A stretch of 32,000 bases of DNA from a cyanobacterium endosymbiont of Epithemia turgida isolate EtSB Lake Yunoko (GTDB lineage Bacteria; Cyanobacteriota; Cyanobacteriia; Cyanobacteriales; Microcystaceae), in assembly GCF_000829235.1 (NCBI RefSeq), contig NZ_AP012549.1:810001-842000 (forward strand), in the 5' to 3' direction. Below the pieces are notes generated by a model that was given only the letters and a program-made list of their open reading frames with translations, ran no database searches and was not told the origin of the DNA. Shown here piece by piece: positions 1 through 10,446 of the stretch. Within the stretch, counting starts at the first letter, position 1. The number at the start of each line of letters is the position of its first letter. The position numbers and the translations under genes were made by a program.

Positions 1-42
1 GTTGATGATAGCTATGATGATATTGATTTAGACGAAGACTAA
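1..42 (+). CDS. 3' end of an unidentified upstream gene (acidic tail ...VDDSYDDIDLDED*)
   Basis: Frame 1 is open from the window edge to TAA at 40-42. It is too short to identify. Confidence 0.3.
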   Translation, partial: VDDSYDDIDLDED

Positions 43-117
43 ATTAGTCTATACAACCTCACGCTGTATTGTCTGTGTTGATTGTTATTCGATTCTAATC
101 CAATATTCAAGATAGTT

Positions 118-1215
118 GTGGACGCTAAATTTTTCCCTTCAACCTTCTTTACAAAACCATCAGGGACTTTTTTACTAGTTCTATTAATAGTGCTGTTAAA
201 CCTTTTGGTTTTAGGGTTAGTTCAACTTGTAGGACAACCAGTTGACTTTAGCCTGACACTTATTTTTCCTCTTGGTATTTCCGCCACTATCAGTGCAATT
301 CTTGGTTATGGGATCGTTCCCCTGCTACGACGGCTTAAAACTGGACAAATTATCCAAGAAGACGGTCCCCAAGCTCACTTAACCAAAGCGGGAACCCCAA
401 CTATGGGGGGAATTTTTTTTATACCTGTTGGAGTGATCGTAGCTCTAGTCTGGACAAACTTTGATCCTGCTGTTATTGCTGTTTCAGGCGTTACCCTTGC
501 TTATCTTGGCATTGGTTGGATAGATGATTGGCAGATTCTACGACAACAATCCAATAAAGGGATTAGCCCTTGGGGAAAACTTATTCTACAAATCGTAATC
601 GCTATTGGGTTTTGTTTTTGGGTATTTCAGAGTCAACCATCTAGCATTACTGATGTCACCCTTCCTGGTAATCTGATTTTGCATTTAGGACTTTTCTTTT
701 GGTTAATTGCAGGATTTGTCCTAGTAGCTGAGAGTAATGCCACTAACCTCACTGACGGGGTAGACGGACTAGCTGCAGGAAATGGGTCCTTAGCTTTTTT
801 GGGGTTAGGAGTATTAGTGGGTTCTGACAACTCAGGATTAATGATTTTCTGTGCTTGTCTGAGTGGAGGATGTTTAGGATTTGTCGTACACAACCGTAAC
901 CCTGCTAAGGTTTTTATGGGGGATACAGGTTCTCTCGCATTAGGGGGTTCCCTTGGGGCAGTGGGTATTCTTAGTGGCAATCTTTGGGAATTATTTATCA
1001 TCAGTGGGATTTTCTTTGTTGAATCTCTCTCAGTTATTGCCCAAGTTGTCTACTATAAGGCAACTAAAGGACCTGATGGACAAGGCAAGCGATTGCTAAA
1101 AATGGCTCCATTGCATCACCATTTAGAATTAAGTGGTTGGGCTGAAACCAAAATTGTAGGAACATTCTACCTAGTGAATGCAGGACTGGCAGTTTTAGCT
1201 GTAGTTTTAACCTAG
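118..1215 (+). CDS. mraY: Phospho-N-acetylmuramoyl-pentapeptide transferase (MraY)
   Basis: ORF 82-1215 carries MraY hallmarks (GQIIQEDGPQAHLTKAGTPTMGG, NLTDGVDGLAAG, VFMGDTGSLALGG, MAPLHHHLE) and is polytopic. The likely true start is the in-frame GTG at 118 (MDAKFF...), as I recall for cyanobacterial MraY N-termini. The TTG at 82 is the alternative. Confidence 0.95.
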   Translation: MDAKFFPSTFFTKPSGTFLLVLLIVLLNLLVLGLVQLVGQPVDFSLTLIFPLGISATISAILGYGIVPLLRRLKTGQIIQEDGPQAHLTKAGTPTMGGIFFIPVGVIVALVWTNFDPAVIAVSGVTLAYLGIGWIDDWQILRQQSNKGISPWGKLILQIVIAIGFCFWVFQSQPSSITDVTLPGNLILHLGLFFWLIAGFVLVAESNATNLTDGVDGLAAGNGSLAFLGLGVLVGSDNSGLMIFCACLSGGCLGFVVHNRNPAKVFMGDTGSLALGGSLGAVGILSGNLWELFIISGIFFVESLSVIAQVVYYKATKGPDGQGKRLLKMAPLHHHLELSGWAETKIVGTFYLVNAGLAVLAVVLT

Positions 1216-2018
1216 TACACATTGAGTATGGATCGGGTAAAGTCCTCAAGCGTTTTAAGCTGAGGTGATTTTTTATGTTGATCGCAACGCAACCATAATA
1301 AATATTCCAAGTTTCCTGCAGGTCCGGTAATAGGAGATTCAGTTAATCCTTGATAGGACCATCCCAGAGAACAAGCAGCTTGTAAAACTTGGTCAATAGC
1401 TTGGGCGTGATCTTTGGGGTTACGAACAACCCCTTTTTTTCCAACCCGCGACCGCCCTGCTTCAAACTGAGGTTTAACCAACAAAATGACTTCTTTGGGA
1501 ACCACTAATAAATTCCACAGGGGTTCTAATAATTTCGTTAAAGAGATAAAGGAAACATCCATTACCCCTAAGTCAGCTTGAGGACTGTTTCCATATAAAT
1601 CATCAGAGGTTAAATAACGGAAATTAGTTCTTTCTTTCAAAATAACGCGCTCGTCTCGACGTAAACGCCATGCCACTTGTCCATAACCTACATCCACTCC
1701 ATAAATCTGTTTTGCCCCAGCCTGCAATAAACAATCAGTAAATCCACCGGTAGAAATACCGCCATCTAGACAAATTCGCCCTGATATAGCTATCTTAAAA
1801 GTATTTACAGCTTTTTCGAGCTTAAAACCACCACGAGAAACATAACGGGCTTTAGCTTGTAGTTGAATGTCGGCTGTAATATCGACTCGGGTTCCTGGTT
1901 TATCAATAACTTGCTGATGTACCTTAACTTCTCCAGCTCGAATAAATCCTTGGGCTTCTTGACGGGAAGAACACAGGTTCTTATCAACTAATAAAATATC
2001 GAGGCGTTGTTTACTCAC
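1212..2018 (-). CDS. tlyA: TlyA-family rRNA 2'-O-methyltransferase (S4 RNA-binding domain plus FtsJ-like methyltransferase; 'hemolysin A')
   Basis: 268 aa. The N-terminus RLDILLVDKNLCSSRQEAQGFIRAGEVKV is S4-like, followed by the SAM-binding motif CLDGGISTGGFTDCLLQAGAKQIYGVDVGYGQ. GTG start. Its stop overlaps the mraY stop. Confidence 0.85.
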   Translation of the reverse strand: MSKQRLDILLVDKNLCSSRQEAQGFIRAGEVKVHQQVIDKPGTRVDITADIQLQAKARYVSRGGFKLEKAVNTFKIAISGRICLDGGISTGGFTDCLLQAGAKQIYGVDVGYGQVAWRLRRDERVILKERTNFRYLTSDDLYGNSPQADLGVMDVSFISLTKLLEPLWNLLVVPKEVILLVKPQFEAGRSRVGKKGVVRNPKDHAQAIDQVLQAACSLGWSYQGLTESPITGPAGNLEYLLWLRCDQHKKSPQLKTLEDFTRSILNVY

Positions 2019-4067
2019 AGATTTTACTTTTTGTTTTTTGCAAAAATTTTATTTATCTAAATTATAAAAAAGAACATGTGTTTTTATAGAAAAATATATG
2101 TTTCTTTGACTGAGTAGGCAGGCGGTTATAAACAAACCCTAAAAGAGGTAAATTAATTTTTATCTTTGTACTTAAGCAAGTAGAGTAAAATTTGTGTTGC
2201 TTTAATTTACTCTTTTTAGAGCTGTTATTTTGAGCAAAACCTTGTTTAACTGTTATAGTAAAATCCCATTAAAACATACTTTAAGTGATTATATGAGTTT
2301 TTATTTTGTATCATCACCTTTTCATTATATTCCATACTAGACTATGAGTTGATAGATACAATAGATAAAACTCTTTTTTTTGACATTGTTTTAATTCAGC
2401 TTAAACTAAACCACTCATAGACAATAAGTAATTATCAAGAATAATCACTACGTATATTTCTTTGTATTTTCCATGTTCTCCAGCTTTATTTTTTTTCTGT
2501 AATTTTTATGTTTTTTTATCCTTGTTTTTAGGACATAAATTAGTCATTATAATCACTTTTGTTTCTTTCTGTTTATGATTTTTAAAAAACTTAATATAAT
2601 TATTGACTATTATAAGCTCTTTCATTTTCTTTTTGACTATCTCTCTTAGAGAGATTTTATATTTTATATTTTCTTTTTATATAATTTCACAATCCTCTTT
2701 TTGTTTTAGTAATCTATCTAGAGATTGTTGTTCTAGTTGTATTTTGTGATAGGTTCACCTCATATACAATTTATTTTAGTTTCTATACTTTTTTATTTAA
2801 GCATAAAATTTATATTCCTGTTATTGTCTGAAAAAGTTGGAGCATGAATTAACTTTCATAGCGCTTTTTATTTTAATTTTATTGACTAGATTTTGAAATG
2901 ACTTGATATTTAAATATCGTTTATTTTACAATAAATTTATATTTTATACTAATTTAAATTCACCTATATTAATTGAACATAAATAAGCAATACTATGCTA
3001 ATAAAGATTACACTATCAAAAGTAATCTCCATAAATAAACCTCAAAGTATATTAGTATAGTCGGCTATAATGAATTTAATCCATTAATGTCACCTTCCTG
3101 TTTAAGGGTATTTATCAAGTCGAAGTTGAGGAAAAAATTTATTTAAGTTAAATAAATTTTCAAAAGCGGTTATACTAAACTGATGATGTATAATTGCCCA
3201 GTCAAACGCCGGTTTATAAGAATCAAAAGTTAAAAATTAGCAAAATTTATAAATTCATAGAGTCTCCTTTTGATCAACTTCAATTTATTATTAATACCTT
3301 CTACTTTTATTTAACACTAACAGAGTGCTTTATTTTTAATTATTATTTTAAGCTTCTTAGCTTCTAGTTCAATAATTTACTTTTAAGTATCTAATTAATC
3401 ACTAATTTATATTATTTCTGCGTTTACTTTTTTTATTAATTATTAACTGTCTCAATATATAAGTTTTCTCCCATCTATAAGTCTCGACCTAAATCTCTGA
3501 ACATTGTTTCTATTTCTTGTTTATTCACTCAAGTTCTTTTGATCACATTCTGATTTCACTCTTTAAGGCCTCTCCAATAATTTTTATGCTATATCTTATC
3601 AGCCTATGCTATCTTCTCTTTAAGAAAACTTAACTTTTCTGTAAATTTATCTCCACGTTGAACTTTTTTCTAGAAAACACTCTTACAAAGGTAAAAAAGG
3701 GGTATATTATTTGATTTAAGCGACTTCCGAGAATCAAATTTACAGTTAAACTTCTCTTGATTTTTATAATGTGAGCACTTGATGTAGTTTTTTCAAAACT
3801 TATTTATAATTTTATTGAAAAAATAAATAAACCGGAAGAGATTTGCTGGCATAGCTAAAATTTTTACTAAGTGAGATCTTACTAATTTTTAGTTATTTGG
3901 CTATTTTTATAAGATCTTAGCAAGAACAAGTTGAACTTTTCCTGATTTTTTAAAAACAATCGCTGAGATGTTCAAATTGTTTAGACAAAGGGAATAATTG
4001 CTTAGAATAAGAAATAAAATTGATCATAAATATGGTAAAGATGAGAACTCTATTATACTTGTTATTT

Positions 4068-4262
4068 TTAGTGTCGATTGCTTTGTGCGCTGTACAAGAT
4101 ACCTAGCAAAGTTGAGATAGTTACCAATATCAGCGCTATCCCTCCTGGAAAAAAGCTCAAAACCTTTAGTCCTCTCAATATATAGAATGTAAGTGTTATT
4201 AGTAACGACATTATGAAAAGATAAGGTATGGAGGAAGTCTTGGAACGAGTTAATTTACTCAT
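4068..4262 (-). CDS. Small hypothetical two-helix membrane protein (64 aa)
   Basis: This is the only open frame of 60 or more codons in about 2.6 kb of stop-saturated AT-rich DNA. It is locally more GC-rich than its surroundings and has two hydrophobic segments. No family recognised. Confidence 0.35.
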   Translation of the reverse strand: MSKLTRSKTSSIPYLFIMSLLITLTFYILRGLKVLSFFPGGIALILVTISTLLGILYSAQSNRH

Positions 4263-4593
4263 AAACTATATAATATAGCAACACAAGGAACAATCATGAC
4301 ATTAATGTCAAGTCAGCAGTATATCAGCTTACAGTATTTTATATATAATTTTATCAATGTTATAGCTATAGTGTTTAGTACTTTTTCCTATAAACATCAG
4401 TGAAAGTAAACCTCTAATTTATTAAAAATGTAAAGATTATTTATCTCTTTAAAAAGCTTTCTAAAACTCTAAATTCTCTAGAACTGATATTTTATTTTTC
4501 GTTCAAATAGACCGTAATTTCTAGTAATGAGATTAACCAAAGAAGGCTGCTGTTGATCCCCAGTTGAGGTAGCTATAAGCAAACAACCATTAA

Positions 4594-5417
<824 letters not shown>

Positions 5418-5697
5418 GAATAACAAATAAAAGTTAGATTAAATGATAGTTATAGTTTAGGCTTAAAGTATCGTTTTTAAAACAATTTAAAATAAGGTTT
5501 GACAACTTTACTACACTACGAACTAATGTTTATGAAAATCTTTATAACGTAATCAATATAAGTTTTGAAGTGAGATTTTAATCCTAACCCCAAAAAAGCA
5601 AAGTAGAAAATAAAACTATCTCCATAATTATCATCAGTAACTGAAGAACTGGAAGAAATTAAACAACAACTTCCTTTAACTAAGAAAATTATCAATT

Positions 5698-6470
<773 letters not shown>

Positions 6471-8081
6471 TGTTATTTATAAAACATCTATAAAATAACC
6501 TTTAGCTATTTCTATAAAATACTTGTAGTCAGTTTATAGAAAAAATAATACACAAGTTTAATTGTCATAGCAGAATTCTATAACAATGCGTTTAGTTTAA
6601 CCGAATATCAAAGTCTTTTTAAGAAAATTTAAATTGTAATAATTGCATAAGTTATAGTTTTATTTTTTGATGTATCAACTACTAAAAATTAAGGTGTATT
6701 TAAAACTAAATTATAAAAAAAAATAAATATTATATAATATAAATTAATAAAATTATTGATTTTAATTTTTATTATTAAAATTTATAGACTCGGATTTTAA
6801 ACATTACTTTAATTCATTAAAACAAAGATAAATTTTATATTAAAAATATCTTTGAGTAAATAAAACAAAACTTAATTTTAGTAACACTTATTTACGAGAG
6901 AAATAAACTCCAAGTTAGAAGTATTTCAAAAATAAAAAACGAGCAATAAACAATATAAAATTAAAATATTTATTTAAAATAATTTAATTTTAATTGTATA
7001 TATACAAATAATTTTTTTATACCCAGGGTATTACAATCCTTGATGCATAAAATTAAAGAATATTTAAAGGTTAATTACTGCTAGAAAATAGTGCTATCTT
7101 TCTTTCTGAATAATAGTTTTCAACAAAAAGAGACAATTATCTATCTCAACAAGAGTAACAACTTCTAAAAATCAAGGTTAATCCTAAAACATTAATTAAA
7201 ATTATTAACCTAAAAATAGGTTAACCTTGAGACACTACAATAGTTTTTGTAAAACAATCAATTAATATTATTAGGACTACGCAAAGTTAAACACAGAAGA
7301 GTTAATAAACAAAAAAAAGTAATTTTGTCATCATCAAACTAACCTTAATAAGGAGATTTTCTTGGATGATAATCTAAATGGTATTATGAGTTATCTCTTG
7401 AATAGTAGTGGCAGTAAAAGATAAAAATTATTTATTTTATTGGATAGTTAACCACAATAAAATTAAAGCAACCAGATAAATTAAGGCCTCTTTATTAATT
7501 ATCCGCATCTCAGCAATAATGACCGATAAAATAAAGTTAAGTATAGTTTTACTAGTATCAGCAGAGGCAGAGAGAAAACAATTTTTTTGATAATTGTTAT
7601 AGTTTAAGTTAAAATCGATATAAGATAGCTTTTAAATCAGCTAACGCTATCTGCCAAACTTCATCTACTGACTTACTAATTAATAGTTATGTTTCAACTA
7701 TTTCGGGATAAGAAGAAATAACTAAGTTACCGACCATGATTTTATAAGAAAGAATTTGGACATTGTCAAAGAAAATAGTGGCAATAACACTGAATCTAGT
7801 CCAGCACAGTCCAGCACTAACCCTGATGTCTAGTAATGTGATAGTTCTCCCTGTTAGGTTTTTTCGTTCTCCAATACACTTTCTAAATCATGAAAATATG
7901 GAAAGTAGGGTAATCACTAAAATATTGCCTTAAAGAATAATTTCCACAAAAGGAAACAACAGAACAAAACACCAAATAGATAAAAATTATACCCAAAAGA
8001 ATCTTATAATTATATCGACAATATTAGAATAAATTTCTAGAAAAAAAGATGGAAAAACAGTTTATTATCAAATAGTTTTAC

Positions 8082-8146
8082 CATCAAGTGAGCAAAGTTG
8101 ATTAATTGTTTAATTTTATAGAGATTAGACCTGTGCTCACTTGATG
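8082..8146. repeat. 13-bp perfect inverted repeat (CATCAAGTGAGCA ... TGCTCACTTGATG) with a 39-nt spacer, just downstream of the SpoIID-like gene
   Basis: Arms at 8082-8094 and 8134-8146 are exact reverse complements. The repeat lies 24 nt past the minus-strand stop at 8170. It could act as a terminator or RNA-stabilising hairpin, but the loop is long and there is no clean U-tract. Confidence 0.5.
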
Positions 8147-8169
8147 AATGTCACCACATTAACCAAACT

Positions 8170-9318
8170 TTAGTTTAAGGTCGTTAACTGAGCATTTTGA
8201 TAGTAATGGCTGACAATTTGGGCATAGGAGATACCTTGTTCTGCTAGGTAATGACTGCCCCATTGACTCAGACCAATACCGTGTCCGTAACCTCTACCAT
8301 CAATTTGGAATGTTTCATCATTGGCAGAAACAGTAAATAAGGTACTTTTCAGATCGAGAGCTTTTCGTAAATTATCATCAGTAATATTTTTAGAACCGTG
8401 AGTTCCTACTACTTTCAGGGTAATAATTCGTCCGTGAGGGGTTGTTCGTTGGGGAATCAGTGATTTTACTGCTCCTACACCGCCGATGAGTTGTCCCATT
8501 TGACGAGCACTAAAAGACTTACGCCATTGGAAAACGGGGGCGAGTTGATCGTAGTCCAGCACGCCACGCAGATAAGGTAGAGGGGAACTCCAAACATCTT
8601 CAACATTTTCGGTATGACCTCCAGACGAAGAATGAAAGGCTGCCAAGATGACCTTACCATTGTGGGTTAATACCTGACCGGCTGTCTCATTAACCGCTTC
8701 ATGAGTCGTGACAAATTCAGTTTCTAATCCCTTATACACCTGGGTTTTAGTGGTTGTATCAAGATCGTAGTAACGATTCTCTCCCTTAGAACTTTTGTAG
8801 AGAGCGTAGGTGCGTGCAACCACAGCTTGGGATTTAAGAGCTTCCATGGGCCAAGTTGGATAAGCTTCTGACCCCACCACACTGTAAAGATATTCCTCTA
8901 AATTGACCAAATTAACTGCTGTTATGCCATGTCCCTGACGAATTAGTCTTACCTTGCCCCGATACCAACGATCACTGATCCAAATAGAGCCGTTTTTAGT
9001 AGGTTCAATGACAATTTGATTGGAATTCCATTGATCGAGATTTACTCCACTACGAAGAGGCTTCACGGCAAAAGCCTCTAACTGAGTTAATTCTCCCAAT
9101 TTACGTCCTGCCCCATCTCGGATTATAGCAAGGGTAGAACTTCCTACTTTGAGACTACCAACACCCTTTTCAATGGCAACTCGTAATTCAGTAGCCCCTT
9201 GAACTGGAAAACTCAAAATCATCCAAATTATTCCTATTAACCAGCAATAGCGTCCCAACAAAATCTGTGAGAGTTTGAACGTCCAGACTCTAGAATCTAA
9301 GTTATGGTTTTGTGACAT
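8170..9318 (-). CDS. SpoIID/LytB-domain protein (peptidoglycan remodelling / amidase-enhancer family), secreted
   Basis: 382 aa. It has an N-terminal hydrophobic signal/anchor and the SpoIID-domain signature ALKSQAVVARTYAL...VILAAFHSSSGGHTENVEDVW...GHGIGLSQWG. Confidence 0.9.
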   Translation of the reverse strand: MSQNHNLDSRVWTFKLSQILLGRYCWLIGIIWMILSFPVQGATELRVAIEKGVGSLKVGSSTLAIIRDGAGRKLGELTQLEAFAVKPLRSGVNLDQWNSNQIVIEPTKNGSIWISDRWYRGKVRLIRQGHGITAVNLVNLEEYLYSVVGSEAYPTWPMEALKSQAVVARTYALYKSSKGENRYYDLDTTTKTQVYKGLETEFVTTHEAVNETAGQVLTHNGKVILAAFHSSSGGHTENVEDVWSSPLPYLRGVLDYDQLAPVFQWRKSFSARQMGQLIGGVGAVKSLIPQRTTPHGRIITLKVVGTHGSKNITDDNLRKALDLKSTLFTVSANDETFQIDGRGYGHGIGLSQWGSHYLAEQGISYAQIVSHYYQNAQLTTLN

Positions 9319-9379
9319 TTACTTATTCTCCTCACACACATCCACAAATATGAAAATTTTATCGCAAAATTAAAAGGAC

Positions 9380-9745
9380 TTGAGAGGTGATTACAGATAC
9401 TGAGAAAACTTCGGATGAATAGCTCAGATAAGTTGAACTCTGTCAAGATATTCAAGCTCGACAAAATTAACCATCTTCACGCCATTTCTCTGGACTAATT
9501 GGTTGTACTTTACCTCAATACCAGCGATCACTGATCCAGAATAAAGCCGTTTTTGGCGGGTTCAATGACAATTTAACTGAAATTCTATTGATTGGGATTT
9601 ACTTTACCACGCACGACAAGGTTTCAAAGCAAAAATCTCTAAAACTAAGGTCGATTTTTCTAATTGACGGACTGCCCCACCGCGGACTATAGCAAGGATA
9701 GAACTCCCCAGCTTGAGGATACCAACGCCTTTTTAAATAGCAACC
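9380..9745 (-). pseudogene. Decayed partial paralogous copy of the N-terminal third of the adjacent SpoIID-like gene
   Basis: Nucleotide similarity to 8825-9178 in the same orientation, strongest at 9509-9745 versus 8951-9178 (for example ccagcgatcactgatccagaataaagccgtttttggcgggttcaatgacaattt versus ccaacgatcactgatccaaatagagccgtttttagtaggttcaatgacaattt). Translation gives VAI*KGVGILKLGSSILAIVRGGAVRQLE..., parallel to VAIEKGVGSLKVGSSTLAIIRDGAGRKLGE, with several stops. Confidence 0.75.
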
Positions 9746-9749
9746 TTTA

Positions 9750-10082
9750 TGTATTGTCTTTTCTTGTATAAGCTTTTTTCTCAGAAAAACAGACAACTTT
9801 CCAGTGAAAGACTTATCTTTAAGATGCTGAATAATTGCAACTCTATTCCATCGACCGCTTGTTCTTGATAGAACAAGCGGTCGATGGGATAGAGAGATAA
9901 ACATTATGTAGGATAGGGAGATATCCATTGAAATCATATCAACTTCTTTATCTTTGGGTATTCTTAATTATTTCCTCTATATTCTCTATTCTTTTGACAT
10001 CCAAATCACCACATTTAGTGAAAATTTTTGAAGCCACGCGAAAGTTAATGAGATCGTCTTCTACGATCAAAATGCTTTTCAT
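9750..10082 (-). pseudogene. CheY-like response-regulator receiver domain pseudogene
   Basis: Minus-strand translation from the ATG at 10082 reads MKSILIVEDDLINFRVASKIFTKCGDLDVKRIENIEEIIKNTQR*, a typical receiver N-terminus with the acidic pocket. After a frameshift it continues VDMISMDIS... at the position of the phospho-acceptor D (..DLILMDI..), then ..VAIIQHL... The stop is at 9948-9950 with at least one frameshift. The listed ORFs 9599-9937(-) and 9928-10110(+) are artefacts of this relic. Confidence 0.7.
9841..9894. repeat. Long GC-rich palindrome: 25-nt arms (18 bp perfect core, one mismatch overall) and a 4-nt loop
   Basis: ctctattccatcgaccgcttgttct tgat agaacaagcggtcgatgggatagag. The reverse complement of the left arm differs from the right arm at a single position. 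It lies inside the receiver-domain relic. Confidence 0.95.
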
Positions 10083-10446
10083 AGATACCAAGGGCATTAT
10101 ATTTGGATAACAAAAAGATAGATTACTGATTTTTAGTGATTTGGGTAAGATTAAAGAAACTATCGAACTACTCTAAAAAACAGGAATGACTTTAGCAACT
10201 TAATATCTGATTAGACATCAACTCCCACAAACTACCTCAAATAAGCTCTGCCGGACTAACCCTCTAGCTCTAAATCAGGAAGAGATTCAACTAAGTTTTT
10301 GGGTAATATCTTAACAGTCAACGTGAATTGCTAATGCTTGGCTTACATCCGATGCAATTTATCCACAAGTTGCTTAGTGATCAGATTAAGTCAAATTTAA
10401 GGACTCTTACTGTAAACCGACAGAATATTCTTATCAAGAAACTTCA

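Noticed and set aside
633-1249. Minus-strand ORFs 633-1001 and 1064-1249
   Set aside because: They lie entirely inside or antisense to the strongly supported mraY. They have Pro/Arg-rich, odd composition typical of antisense frames.
1805-1987. 60-aa minus-strand ORF inside tlyA
   Set aside because: It is an alternative frame of the same strand within a well-supported CDS.
4319-4332. Perfect NtcA-type palindrome GTA-N8-TAC (GTATATCAGCTTAC) upstream of the chlL relic, with a TATAAT at 4344-4349
   Set aside because: The spacing to the -10-like hexamer is about 11 nt, not the roughly 22 nt of NtcA-activated promoters. GTAN8TAC is expected several times by chance in 32 kb, and TATAAT-like hexamers are ubiquitous in this AT-rich DNA.
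7172-7230. Nested inverted repeats around GGTTAACC (TCAAGGTTAA ... TTAACCT aaaaat AGGTTAACCTTGA)
   Set aside because: The arms are short (7-10 bp) and AT-rich, in a very AT-rich spacer. They have no flanking duplication or second copy and are plausibly chance.
8475-8660. 61-aa minus-strand ORF inside the SpoIID-like gene
   Set aside because: It is an alternative frame within a well-supported CDS.
9599-10110. ORFs 9599-9937(-) 112 aa and 9928-10110(+) 60 aa as hypothetical proteins
   Set aside because: The minus ORF is a chimera. It joins the receiver-domain relic after its frameshift to the SpoIID-paralogue relic read out of frame. The plus ORF is antisense to the receiver N-terminus MKSILIVEDD.
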